A DNA stretch of 64,000 bases from Azolla caroliniana (Eukaryota; Plantae; Polypodiophyta), in NCBI GenBank assembly GCA_043228905.1, contig JBHGNT010000001.1:27404001-27468000 (forward strand), in the 5' to 3' direction. Below are positions 1-12,200 of the stretch, piece after piece (position 1 is the first letter of the stretch; every line of letters starts with the position of its first letter). The translations under genes were made by a program, and so were the position numbers. The notes below the pieces were generated by a model. It was given only the letters and a program-made list of their open reading frames with translations. It had not been told where the DNA came from and did not search any database.

Positions 1-89
1 TGTCCCTTGGAAATTTATGTACAGTTTTCAATTGGTATACTCTCATCTACTCTTATGTTATTTGGATGTTTCATAACGCCCTTGTGCAG

Positions 90-3000
90 ACGTCTGCAGT
101 GAACTCGATATCATTAGGAGGTGCTTCAGTTGTTCCTGGCATTGGTCCAGGTCTAATTGATAGAGTGCCTTTGACAGTTACTGTTTCTGGCTTGGTAAGT
201 GCTAGAATGTGTTTTCTCTTCCGTATATATCTCTACTTGTTTCCTTTTCCCTTTGCATTTCATATACTTGGTAAACCCCCATTTCTTTCCAGCTTCCTCC
301 AATTCAGAATGGAATAGATACTATCAGGAGTACTGATGTAAAGCCCAGGATTGTCGATGAAAATTCTGACAAAAACAAGGCATGGAAAATGACTGAAATT
401 ACTGAATCAACGCAATGTAGATCTATGAGGCTACCAGATACATTGCAAACAACAAAAGTACATATCTTTGACCTTAGCCAAGAGACTTGCTAACCGTATG
501 ATTTCATTTCCGATGATATGAATCTGCCTTTTCTAATTCGTTGGAATTCACAGATTGCTCGTTTACTATATACTAATGCTGGAAGTGCTGTCTTGGCTCT
601 TTGTTCAAATGCTGTTCACAAGTTATGGAAATGGCAAGTGAATGAGCGCAGCCATGTATCCAAGGTCAATATGTTTCGGTTGACCTCTCTTCTTGTTCTT
701 TTTTTGGTTTCTCTGTGGTTAGTATTTAGTAGACGTGTATGTGAGCCTTGTATTAACCAAGATGCCATCAAGTAACCAAAACAATTTACATTCTTCTTCT
801 ACAAGTTGTTTCATTATACAGCCTTCCTGCTGTCAAATAAACTTTTACTATGTTTTTTATACTATTGTCATTGAGATAACAGCATCTCAGTATTGATTTG
901 TAGAGCAAACATTGGAAGCCTTTGTAATATAATGGATCACACTAACTATTATTAGCCATTACGTGTAAATTTAATGCACTTACATATTTAGGATGGATCT
1001 GTTCTACAAGAAGATACTCTCACACTTCAATGTTTACCTGTATATGAATTTGAATGTAATGATGACCTTAGAAGGAGGTTCATGCAGGTGTCCGTTTGAG
1101 AGAGCTCTGCCTCAATTAAAAACTGTTTTTGGTTCATCCTTGTTGAATCCTAAAGTTCAACCTTTTGTTATAGGCTACTGCAAGTGTGGTCCCTCAGCTG
1201 TGGCAGCCAGCAAGTGGAATTATTATGACAAATGACATCAGTGAGACAAATCCTGAAGATGCCACAGCATGTATAGCACTGTCCAAAAATGATTCTTATG
1301 TTATGTCAGCCTCTGGTGGAAAAGTATCTTTGTTCAACATGATGACATTCAAAGTAATGAATAATCCAGTGTTCTCATATTTAACATTCTCGTTGTTAAA
1401 CAGAAACAGCAAGTACAAAATTTTTAAACCATTTGTGCTTTGCACATGTTTGATTTTCTAATCTCAATTAATGCATATTTAACAGGTTATGACAACATTT
1501 ATGCAACCTCCTCCAGCAGCAACATTTCTTGTATTTCATCCGCAAGACAATAATATAATTGCAGTCGGGATGGAGGACTCTTCCATCCAGATTTACAATG
1601 TCCGAGTCGATGAGGTAATAAAAATGAACTAATTTATAGCATAAATTTCCGCAGATGTGTCAGTGACTCACGTATTCTTGGAAATTGCTATATTTTCCAG
1701 GTCAAGAGTACTCTAAAAGGACACCATAAGGCAATAACTGGCTTAGCTTTCTCCAACTCTCTTAATGTATTGGTGTCCTCTGGAGCTGATGAACAGGTAA
1801 TGACTCTTAACAATAATTACATGTGTGGTATGTCTATGCCCATGATTACAGCATGTGGCTGTTGGTGCATCTATCTGTAATATATACAGTGCTAATAAAA
1901 GGCGCAACTATACTTTTCAACTCAAAGATTATGGAATGTGAATTTGAAAACCATGGTTTTATGGCAAACTGATAGTGCTCATGATCACAGACTAAAAATG
2001 TGAACTATTTTATACTGAGCAGTGTATTTTGCATGATCACAAACTAAAAATAAGAAGACGGTTTATAATGAACACAACATTTGAACCCACAACTTTAGGG
2101 TTGTAAAAGCCACATCCTTTAACTCTGCACATCATCTTTAAATTTGAATTTATGATTTTTTTAATAAGATATTGTGTACCTATGAGCAATGATTTGTTAG
2201 ATAAAATGGTGGGCGTTGAAAATCTAATAGGAATTTAGTGTCTTGTTTCCTTTTGTAGTTGTGTATATGGAGTACAGATAGTTGGGAGAAACGAAGAACC
2301 AAGGCATTACAGATTCCACTAGGCCGGCCTGCAGGAGTTTCATGTGATACACGAGTTCAGTTTCACAATGACCATGTCCGGCTTTTAGTAGTTCATGAAA
2401 GCCATCTGGCTATCTATGATATGTCCAAACTTGAACGGATCAGACAGGTTAGCAGGAACTGTATAGATATCTGGTTTTAAACAATTTTATTTTTTTTAAG
2501 ATGTCAAATCAAGATTCATATAAATGCAGATGCTCTTATTTTTGAGATTTAAAAGTAGCTTATTGCTGAGATTTTGCTTAGTAAGATGAGCACTAGGGAT
2601 ACTCATTTTGTTGGAGCTAAATATATGAATAATGTGCAGTGGATTCCTAGTGATGCAATGGCATCTTCGCTGACCAATGCCACATATTCCTGTGATAGCC
2701 AACTTGTCTATGCTAGCTTTGTTGATGGATCAGTCGGGGTGTTTGATGCAGATTTATTAAGACCAAGGTGTCGGTTAGCATCATCTGCGTATTTGCCAGC
2801 TGGCATCAGCAGGCAATGCTTAAAACAAAACTACTGTCAATTGTAGTCTCAGTTTATTTTTGTTATCAGGATTAATTTGTATACCAGTCTTGTTGCATAA
2901 ATGTGGCAAAATGTAACTTAGTACATTTTCTGATTAGTATTTTTGTTTGATAAGCATTATTACATATATGTGGAAGTCAACTTACAAGTATGCTATCATT

Positions 3001-3447
3001 AAATTCTGTTATTATTATTTGTGTAATAAACATTATTGCATATATGTGGGAAAGCAACTATAGGTAAGCATGCTATCAGTCTATTCTGTTATTAGTATTT
3101 GTGTGTAATAACTAGTAATGCATACATGTGGAAAGACAATTTACCAGTGAGCATGATGTTGTCATTCTACTGTTACTTAATATTATTCACATGTGGAGGA
3201 AATAAACCTTGCCTAGGAAGCTTGACTGCATAATCTTTCTACTTGCAGTTCTACAGCATTTCCTCTGGTTGTTGCATCACATCCAACAGAACCAAGTCAG
3301 TTTGCCCTTGGGCTGTCTGATGGTAGTGTAGCAGTGATAGAGCCTTTGGAATGTGATGGCAATTGGGGAGTCTCTCCACCCATTGTGAGCAATGCCACTG
3401 CAGCATCAGTACCTGGGAACCCAACTGCCGATCAATCTTCACGGTGA
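90..3447 (+). CDS. TPL: TOPLESS/TOPLESS-RELATED WD40 co-repressor, 3' part only (9 exons; gene starts left of the window)
   Basis: Exons 90-194, 308-457, 554-664, 1174-1353, 1486-1614, 1701-1796, 2259-2447, 2640-2812, 3249-3447 splice in frame. They give TPL-typical peptides RLLYTNAG, HKLWKW, PQLWQPASG, CIALSKNDSYVMSASGGKVSLFNMMTFK, FHPQDNNIIAVGMEDSSIQIYNVRVDE, FPLVVASHP and EPLECDGNWGVSPP; stop TGA 3445-3447. Exact paralog not assignable. Confidence 0.95.
2890..3200. repeat. Degenerate ~80-bp tandem repeat (3-4 copies) in the last TPL intron
   Basis: Recurring attagtatttgtgt...cattattgcatatatgtggaa...atgctatca..attctgtt with units starting near 2933, 3011 and 3091. Confidence 0.8.
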
Positions 3448-4338
3448 CATATTATATACATATTCCATTAAAATTTTCATGTTTGATGATGGATACTGAA
3501 GCCATGGGAATCATCCTGCTGCTCTACGCTACTGTAAATGGCTGCAATCTCTTTTTCCCCTACTTATTGCTCCATATGAGATCAAATCAAACATTTGCTC
3601 AAGAAGCGAAGGCAGCAGCACAGCGGGATGTGGGAGCCGTTATATATAAAGATATATCCCTCCATTACTGTACACTAGGATTTAACTTGCTTAGGTTTCT
3701 GCTCAGCACTATATTGAGGGGAAGAGCAGAGCATTGTGATATCACCGACTATACGGTGCTTGTTGAGGGTAGATGTGTGGTTCCACATACTCATTCAAGA
3801 TTGCTTACACATTTCTGGAAGAGACTTTCAGGACTATGTAACAGGTACAAAAACAAATCATCCATGTACGAGATTTCTGTTGCAACTATCAGAAGAGATG
3901 AACTTTGTAATAAATACAATAAGCCAAATGTCTGAATATGTTTTTTGATATACATAATTTGATCTGAGGTTCTTTTGACATGTTATATGCTCAGAATATT
4001 GTTACATGGGACTAAAGCAATCATTTTTCCCATTCACTTAGAAACCATGATGATAATGGTGGTGAGTGGGATTTGAGATTTTGTAAGGACGACGTGAACA
4101 CAGCTTATAAGTGAATATTGTTTTGATGTTGCATTCACTTCTATTTTCATTGGAGTTTTGTTTCTTTGATATCTTAAAACCTGGCTTCAATCATTGGCAA
4201 GGGAATGCATTTTAGTGCTCCACTATTCTCTCTACATGAATGGATTGTATGTTGTGGAGATTTGAACATGACTAAAAAAGTGTAATACCATTAATAGCAT
4301 GGAGTTTTGATAAAGAAACAATGAAGGGGTGCTTCTCT

Positions 4339-4629
4339 CTAGGGTTTCCTTATAGGATAACCACAACCCTGAACCCGGGGTCGAAACCTCTTTAGATAAG
4401 TGGAATTATCTACTCGGATTTCACTAATGAACAGGTTGGTTTTCTTGAATCCCAGATTACTAGTATTGTTTGCCACTGCGGAAAGAACCAATTGAGATAT
4501 CATATAACATGCTTTGTAAGGCATAAATTCAGATGCTGCAAGTGCTTCTTCATATGAACAACCTTGAATTTACTCGGTGACATGCTGCACCTTAGCAGCT
4601 GACATACGAATATTCTTTGCTAAAGCAGA
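4339..4629 (-). pseudogene. rpl22: Plastid ribosomal protein L22 fragment inserted in nuclear DNA (NUPT)
   Basis: Intronless frame SALAKNIRMSAAKVQHVTE*IQGCSYEEALAASEFMPYKACYMISQLVLSAVANN...NLFISEIRVDNSTYLKRFRPRVQGCGYPIRKP resembles chloroplast Rpl22. In-frame TAA at 4570-4572, truncated before the C-terminal TCHITI motif, no transit peptide. Confidence 0.9.
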
Positions 4630-5179
4630 AGAATGATTTGGATTCTTGTGTGTAATCTTTGATATACATACTTGGCACCATGTATGGCATTGGTCTTCAG
4701 TCATTGATATTATATGTCCGGTGCTCATTGTTGTTGCCCAACATGTGATAAACTTATGATTTTAATTAAGAACGTTTTATTTAGATGTGTGATGGACAAA
4801 GACATCCATTAATCTATGTATAATTCATGGTTTTTGACTTTGCTTCTCTCAATCTGCATAGAACACAGAATAAATACATATATATTCAATTCTAGAGATA
4901 ATAAGATTACAAAGACATCCATGAGTCTGTATGTTCATGTTATTGACTTCTCTCCATCAGTCTTGAATTTCATGCAACTGGTAGAGAGACATCTTCAATC
5001 TTAGAGATATTATACAAGATTACAGAGCAACATGTGAGGCCAGTTCATACATGGCACAAGTATTCAAAACCCATTGGCTGAGAAATTAGAGCATCAGCTT
5101 TAAAGTGTTAAGAATGACGTTTCTTTTAATTTTAGATTGATATAGGAGATTGATAACATGTTCATCAAGTTAATATTTT

Positions 5180-5640
5180 TATACTGGCAGTGTTATCCAA
5201 AGTTGACAAGAAAAGTAGACAAAATTTTCCATTGATACTGGCAAAATCTTCCATTGTAAAAACGATGGCTCCGAGTCAGTACATTGATACTGGCAAAATC
5301 TTCCATTGTAAAAACGATGGCACCGAGTCAGTACATTGATACTGGCAATATCTTCCATTGTAAACACAAGGGCACTGAGCCAATACATTGATACTGGCAA
5401 TATCTTCCATTGTAAACACGAGGGCACTGAGTCAGTACATAGACATTGGCAATATATTCCATTATAAACATGAGATCCCATGTCATTACATTGATACTGG
5501 CAATATCTTCCATTGTAAACACGAGGGCACTGAGTAAGTACATAAGACACTGGCAATATATTCCATTATAAACATGAGATCCCATGTCATTACATTGATA
5601 CTGGCAATATCTTCCATTGTAAACATGAGGTAACTGAGTC
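5180..5640. repeat. 52-bp minisatellite, about 8-9 copies
   Basis: Unit attgatactggcaatatcttccattgtaaacacgagggcactgagtcagtac starts at 5231, 5283, 5335, 5387 and continues with variants to ~5640. Confidence 0.95.
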
Positions 5641-6289
5641 AATATTTCTCCATTTCTAAACTAAACTTGAATTCTCTTGAAGGTTGCTAGTAACATGTTG
5701 ACTAAATAGCTCAAGATGGTATTTCCAAAGGAAGAGTCTGTAATTAAAGTGATTGTAGCGGTTTTCAAAAACAATTTCATATGTAGTACCACATAATGTT
5801 ACTCGATAGTCTGCAGTTGATATACACACAAATTTTACTTCAATTTTGATTGTACAGATTATCCAATTAATAGGTAGTCCACCGCTAATATACACACAAA
5901 AATTACTTCTGTTTTAATTGTACAGATTATCCAGGAAAGGAGTCATCACATCAAAATTGGTTCTGTACAAAGGATGTCCTACTACTATACTACTCTGACA
6001 GAGATCATTTTACAAATGCATCACAGGGCAGTCTCATTTGACCTGTTTTGCCGGTAACCATCATTGCAAAAAAAACGAACGCGTAGCACTTTACACTCAA
6101 TGACTAAATTAGTTAAGCCTTCTTCTGGCATTAACTTTCTCAGTTCTCTTCCTCGTGGAAAGAAAATTCAAGGAGAGATCATGAACAAAGAATAACGAGA
6201 GATAACTCTTCAATCCCTACCAAAATAACACCTGAATACAGTTCGCAGTTGCATTTTAGAAAAACCTACACATGAGAATATATAACGTT

Positions 6290-9200
6290 TCAACCTTGTC
6301 CAACCTTTTCAGCATATTCTTTACATCTATTCTTGATTGTTATCAGTTCCTCATGTAGCAGTTGGAATTCTTCATACATTTGTTTGCGATTCTGTACTCA
6401 AAAGAGTCAGAAAAGCACATTGTTGCTTAAAAATATGAAATTCACATTCAAAACAAAAAAACAAAAGCCAGACATTACCTTTCGCTTGAGCGAGTAATCC
6501 TTTTTAACTTTGCCATATGTATATAATAATTTCTTTTCATCATTTTTACGCTTTGCTTGTTCGATGTCCTTCCTGAAAATCTCAAAGTCATTCCTGCACA
6601 GTGATGCTCTTCCAAATCAGATATTTTAAGCACTTTTATTCTTACTTTTCTATATTTCATTTGCTCATTCAAAGAAGACAATGTAGAGGGAATGAACAAG
6701 TACACTATACAATAAACATTATACAAATTCAAGCCTTGCCAAGTTTTATGATGTATCATATAGGCAGAAATAATTTCGAAGTATTTCAATGAAGAAAAAA
6801 AACTCTCAATGTATTAATGAAGAAAAAAACTTGCTCTCCATATTCAAAACATCATGGGGTAAGCCCATTCAAAAAAATGGTCATAGTCATCTCAATCCAA
6901 ACTACACTTTAAATCCCTCAGAGGCTGACATGTTCAAGTTTTTCCCTATACACATTCAGAAGGATATTCCTTTTATCTTATTTCAAACTACATATTTTCT
7001 CTCAAGACAATCTTAATAATTGGGGTGAATCTAAAGACATAATTCAACTGGGCATTTAATTGTGTATATATGCATTCAGCACAGTTTCTGATACCGTTGC
7101 TGCTAAGTCACACATACAAGCATCATCAATGAATCCTAACAAGAGAAAAACTATTTCCATAAATACATAAAATATGTGGTGTATGTAGTGCCTATGAGTA
7201 TATAATTTTTAACAGAAATAGGAGATATCATATTTCTTTTGCTTCAGGTTTTAACCAAGTCAAACCCCTTTGGAAAATCACAGGCAATTTTGTCATCAAG
7301 TGAGAACTATAGAAACAGGTACTCAATGCTACACGAATCTTAGAACTGAAGTAATGCTTGTTCTGTCTGGGCTAGGAACAGAATGTAACGGCAAAAAAGT
7401 GTATATAAGAGTCATGGGCTAGTAACAGTACCAATTTGAACCCAGAACCCAGAAAATCCAGCATAATACCTTAAATAAAATGCTGAATTTCTTGACATAA
7501 AATATACGTCCAGACCTTGCATATCGTTGAAGTGGCTTATACTATTAGTGGGTGTACCCTATTTACAGGGAACGTGAAATCTATACATCTCAAATAAATG
7601 AGAAAATAGAGACCCAGCACACAGCTATTGGAAGAAAATAACTTGAAAGTGTAGAGAGAGATATTTGCTTTGAAGACTCACTTATAAGCCTCTATATCTA
7701 GATGAAGTTGATGATACTTTGAATACTTCTCTTTGTATTCATCACTGTACTTCTTGTATCTGAAAGGAACACATATGTCATATTAGTTAATGCACAAGAA
7801 GTTGATAGAAGTAGGCTCAGATCCAGATTAGTGCATACTCTTGAAAGTTCTGAATTGGCCCTCGTAGATGGGAGGCATGGCCCAAGGTTGCCAGCTCCCT
7901 TACAATTCCAGTAGCCTGTTTTCTTGTTGAATGTGAGAGACGTTCAATACTAGAATTGTCTCTGTAAGATCCATTCGCTGAAGCATGTCCTTGGGTGAGC
8001 TTAACCTTGCTACAATGAGGCCCCTTGCTGTCTCCCAGTTCACCAACTTTGGTGGCCTTCTGAGGAATAGCATATTTGGAATTGTCTACAGCATGCTCTT
8101 GAACCTCCTGTGAATTGAATCTCCCTTTTTCAAAGAAAGTCTCTTTGAGCCACTCCTTACTACAACCTTGCAATTGCACAGTTTCAGAAATTCCAGATCT
8201 CTTTTTTCGTCTACCAGAATCTGAGCTTCCATTCTCTTCAATTCTCCTCTTTGTGTTTCTTGAATCATGTATACTTTCTCGTGGATCATCTGGATCCCTA
8301 AGAGGAGAATGTCTAGAGCCATATTGTGGCTTTCTATCAGGAGCATGAATGGTGCCACTATCCGGGCTTATGTTTTTCTTCTGGAGAAATGCCCTACTTG
8401 TAGCTTCAGATGGTACATTGCCCCTTGCATCATCAGCACGTGAATCTGGTTTTCTTAGTTCATTAACATCTGGGCTTAGGTTTTTCCTTTGGACTAATCC
8501 CCTGCTTATAGCTTCAGAAGGTCCATTGCCCCTACTTTCTTCAGCACGTGAACTGGATTTTCTTGCTTCATTATTGATGTCAGGGCTAAGATATTTCCTC
8601 TGGACAACACCCCTGCTTGTAGCTTCAGTAGGTCCATTGCCTTTATCTTCTTCGGCACGTGAGCTGGGCTTTCTTACATCATTTTCATAGGGCACATCTC
8701 TAAACTCTCCCAATTCAAAATCATGTGACATAACCCTATTTGGTTCATTCCTGTTTTGAGAATATGATGATTGCCATGAGTCTCCATTAGCCCTGTCCAC
8801 ATTTGCAGTTTCTTTGGAAAACTCTCCTATAGCAAGTCTCCCCATTGTTTCTACCTCTTTTTGAGGACCCTTCCCGATAGAATTTCTTCTTTTACTGGAT
8901 CCCACATTATTCAGTGGCCTCTCTGCCTTTTCAATATCAAGCCTCACTCTTTCAGATAATCCAATTGATTGTCTATTCGGTCCATGTATTTTTAGGATTT
9001 CCTTATTCACTTTTTTCACGGGGTCTCTATCCTGTTGGCCAACTAATTGATCAAAATCCTTCAAAGTATGATGTGTACTTACATTGCTAGTCAAACCACG
9101 GTCTCGAGCATCCCTTTGCTGCCATTGCTGTGCTTCTTTTTCATTGTTATGTTTAACAAGTGGCACCCCTAATTTATTGGATTCTACAACCCTTTCTCCG

Positions 9201-12200
9201 TTTGCCATGTCTTTCTTTATAGTGCTATCTACAATTACAGATTGTTCCTCAAACTCTCTTGGGTCTGAAAATCTGTCAGAAAGCTTAGCAACTTCTCTTG
9301 GACTCTTAACTCTTGCTGGGGTTTCGGATGATACCCTTGCTATTTCATGGAATTCTTCTGTCCTTGTACTCTTTGGTATGGACTTCTTTGTGTCTGTGCT
9401 TGGTTTGATTGAGTGATTTTTGGCACCAGTTTCCTCAAATGTAGCTCTATTAGACTTCTGTGTACCCTGCTTAGCTCCCATAACTGCCAACTTATCATTA
9501 CTTCCATTGCCTTTATTATATTCTTTTTTATCTGAATCACCTTCAGACGCCATCATTTTCTTTCTGTCTGTGTCTTTACTACGATGTGTCAACGTGAATT
9601 TGTGGCGCTCAGGTTGAGATACATTGAAAACTAATTTGTTTCCGAATGCCCTATCACTACCTGCATCTTTTGATACCGCAAAAGTATTTTCAATTCCTAA
9701 GGTATCTATGTCTACTTGCTCATCTTTACCTAAAGCCCGACCGGTGGCACCTTCATCAACATCAATATTCTCCCTTCGTTCTTTATTATTTTGAGAACAT
9801 ACTAAGGAAGCGCTTATTATTTTGTGGTTGCTATTAGCCACTTCCTTTGATACAAAACTCTCTGCTGCAACACCTGCTTCATCCATACCAAAAAGAGTGT
9901 CCATTAGCGTTTTTGATGATTCCATTATTAAGTCGCCATTTTCTTGGCCTGATATTACTGCTGGTTCTGACAAGTTACTTTCAAGGAACTCGTTTTCCTG
10001 GGTCTCTTCTCCAGCCACAAGAGACTGACCTTCCTTAGGATGTCCCTTAATATCCCTTTTTAATTTCTGTTTCACATCTGCCTTGTGCGCTGCATCATCA
10101 TCACTCATAATATCAACTTCTTCATCCATACTTTCACCACTGCTACTACTATCACTACCACTTCCACTTCCACTTCCACTGTCACTACTACCACTGGCAC
10201 TGCTATCACTCTCACTGTCACTTCCACTTTCACTAGAACTGCTGGAACCAGAGCCATCAACATTTATATCATTTGGTTCATGGGCTGCTGAATTATGGTT
10301 TGCAAAATTTTCTTGATCCGTCTTATCATCATCTTCTAGGAGCTGTATAAACTCATCATCAGAAGCTTCCTTATCATCAGAAGCTTCCTTATGTGATGCA
10401 TATTCCAGATCCTCGTTTACAGAATTTGGCACCTCCCTTTCTTGTAAAGCTGATAACTCTTTTTTTTCAACAGATTCCCTTTGTGACATTATCATAGAAG
10501 GTACGTCATCATGCGGGATAAAAACCGCAACTTCCTTAGCTCTGACAGAATTAGCATCGACAGTCTCTTTCTCTACTCCAGGATTGAGTAAATACCTCCC
10601 CGGTGCTTGATAAGTTGCTATCTATACATGAAATTCCATGTAGGTTCAGTCAATGATCGTATATAATTCAAAAATTAATAGGTAAAGATATATTTACCGA
10701 GTTGATGACTTTCTCAATAACTTTCCTGTCCTGGGAACCTGTCAACCCTTCACCTACAGCCTTTCCTATTGCCTGCATAAAAGAACGCGCTTGAATTTTG
10801 AACAAATTAAGGACTACATAGATAACCAAAATCAATGAAGCACAGACAATGTAGTGATATATTGATGCCATAAGAATCATTGTTAGTTATGCAATGTGCA
10901 TATTTGTCTCAGAATGCACAGATGGAGATAAGAATTAAACAAATGTATGGAAACAGACAAATTGATATCAACTCCTATATGTATAGTGAGGGAGAAAATC
11001 ATAATTGCAAGTGGAAATAATTAATTATAAATCAAGAGCTCCCTTCCAAACCATCATGAGATCTTGTACAATGGTTACCCTTATTTCCCTCTAGCAATGG
11101 ATATGTAAAGTGTAAAACCAGAAGGAAAGCAGAAGGAAAGAAAAACACACCACTGTGAATAGAACACATCAACATGATGCATCAGCAATTAATATTGATT
11201 AAACAGAATTGTACACCTAAAAACACGAACATCATGATCTAACCCAAATGTTACACTGAGGGCTACTACAGACAAAGACAACTTGGAGTGGTTCATATCA
11301 GGTTCAAATGGTCTATGTTTACATGCATGCTACATATCACGCTTCATCTCTTGCTTTTCAGAGCTAACAACACATGAAACCTGACCCTACAAAATATTGC
11401 ATACTTACTTTAATAGTGACACCCTTTGGATTCTCTAGCAGAAAAGATATTAAGAAATTGCGAAGGTCTGTCATGTTTGCAGCTGACCCACTTTTTACAC
11501 TTTCTGCTCCTAGGGAAACATCCAGATTCTGAATCGCATCCTTTCGTAGAGAATCTTCCTTCATGGCTCCAGATATCTTCTCTGGCACACTTAGCTTCTC
11601 TAACATGGATAACTTCTCCGAAACTGGTAACTTCTCTACTATAGGTATCTTCTCGAACATGGGTATTATCTCTGGTGTGGTTATCTTTTCCAGAATAGGC
11701 AACTTCTCTGTCAGGAGACGTCCCTTCACAGGATATGTGTCATTCTGAAATGGAACTGCAGCATAACAGCTTTAATCAGAAACTGTATGCTTACTAATTA
11801 AATAGTATTCATAATGATGTAAAAGTGAATGCTCCAAATATAATAGTAACTTAGTTTCTTACTTGGACTGGCAACTTTACGTTTTTTAGGAGGAGGCTCT
11901 TTGGTGATCTTGGGTGGAAGCTTTCTATTGCCTGTTCACAATATATGTAAAATCAGTAGCTCATACTCAGCTCCTTTTCCATCTACCACCGCATGTTACA
12001 ACCTCACTTTACCTTCAGATACACTGGTCGATGAGATAACTCTCTGAGTGCTTGGATCAACTAAAATGGACCTGGATAGAAGATCTCTTCTATTTAGTCA
12101 AACAACATTATCTTAACATTCTGCAAGGATTGGAAAGGCAGAATTGATCCATACTTGCGTAGTCTCTGCCGTTTTTCTGCCTCAGCAGTGCGTTGCTTTA

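Noticed and set aside
3363-3935. 190-aa ORF overlapping the TPL stop
   Set aside because: Out of frame with the last TPL exon, starts at TTG, runs through the 3' UTR and has no recognisable motif
5179-5642. Cys/Tyr-rich repetitive ORFs, and a CRISPR-like look of the repeat
   Set aside because: They are translations of a 52-bp minisatellite; there are no unique spacers or cas genes and the context is eukaryotic
8086-10316. Many short ORFs antisense to or overlapping the large ELL-gene exon
   Set aside because: Shadow ORFs of a long low-complexity coding exon
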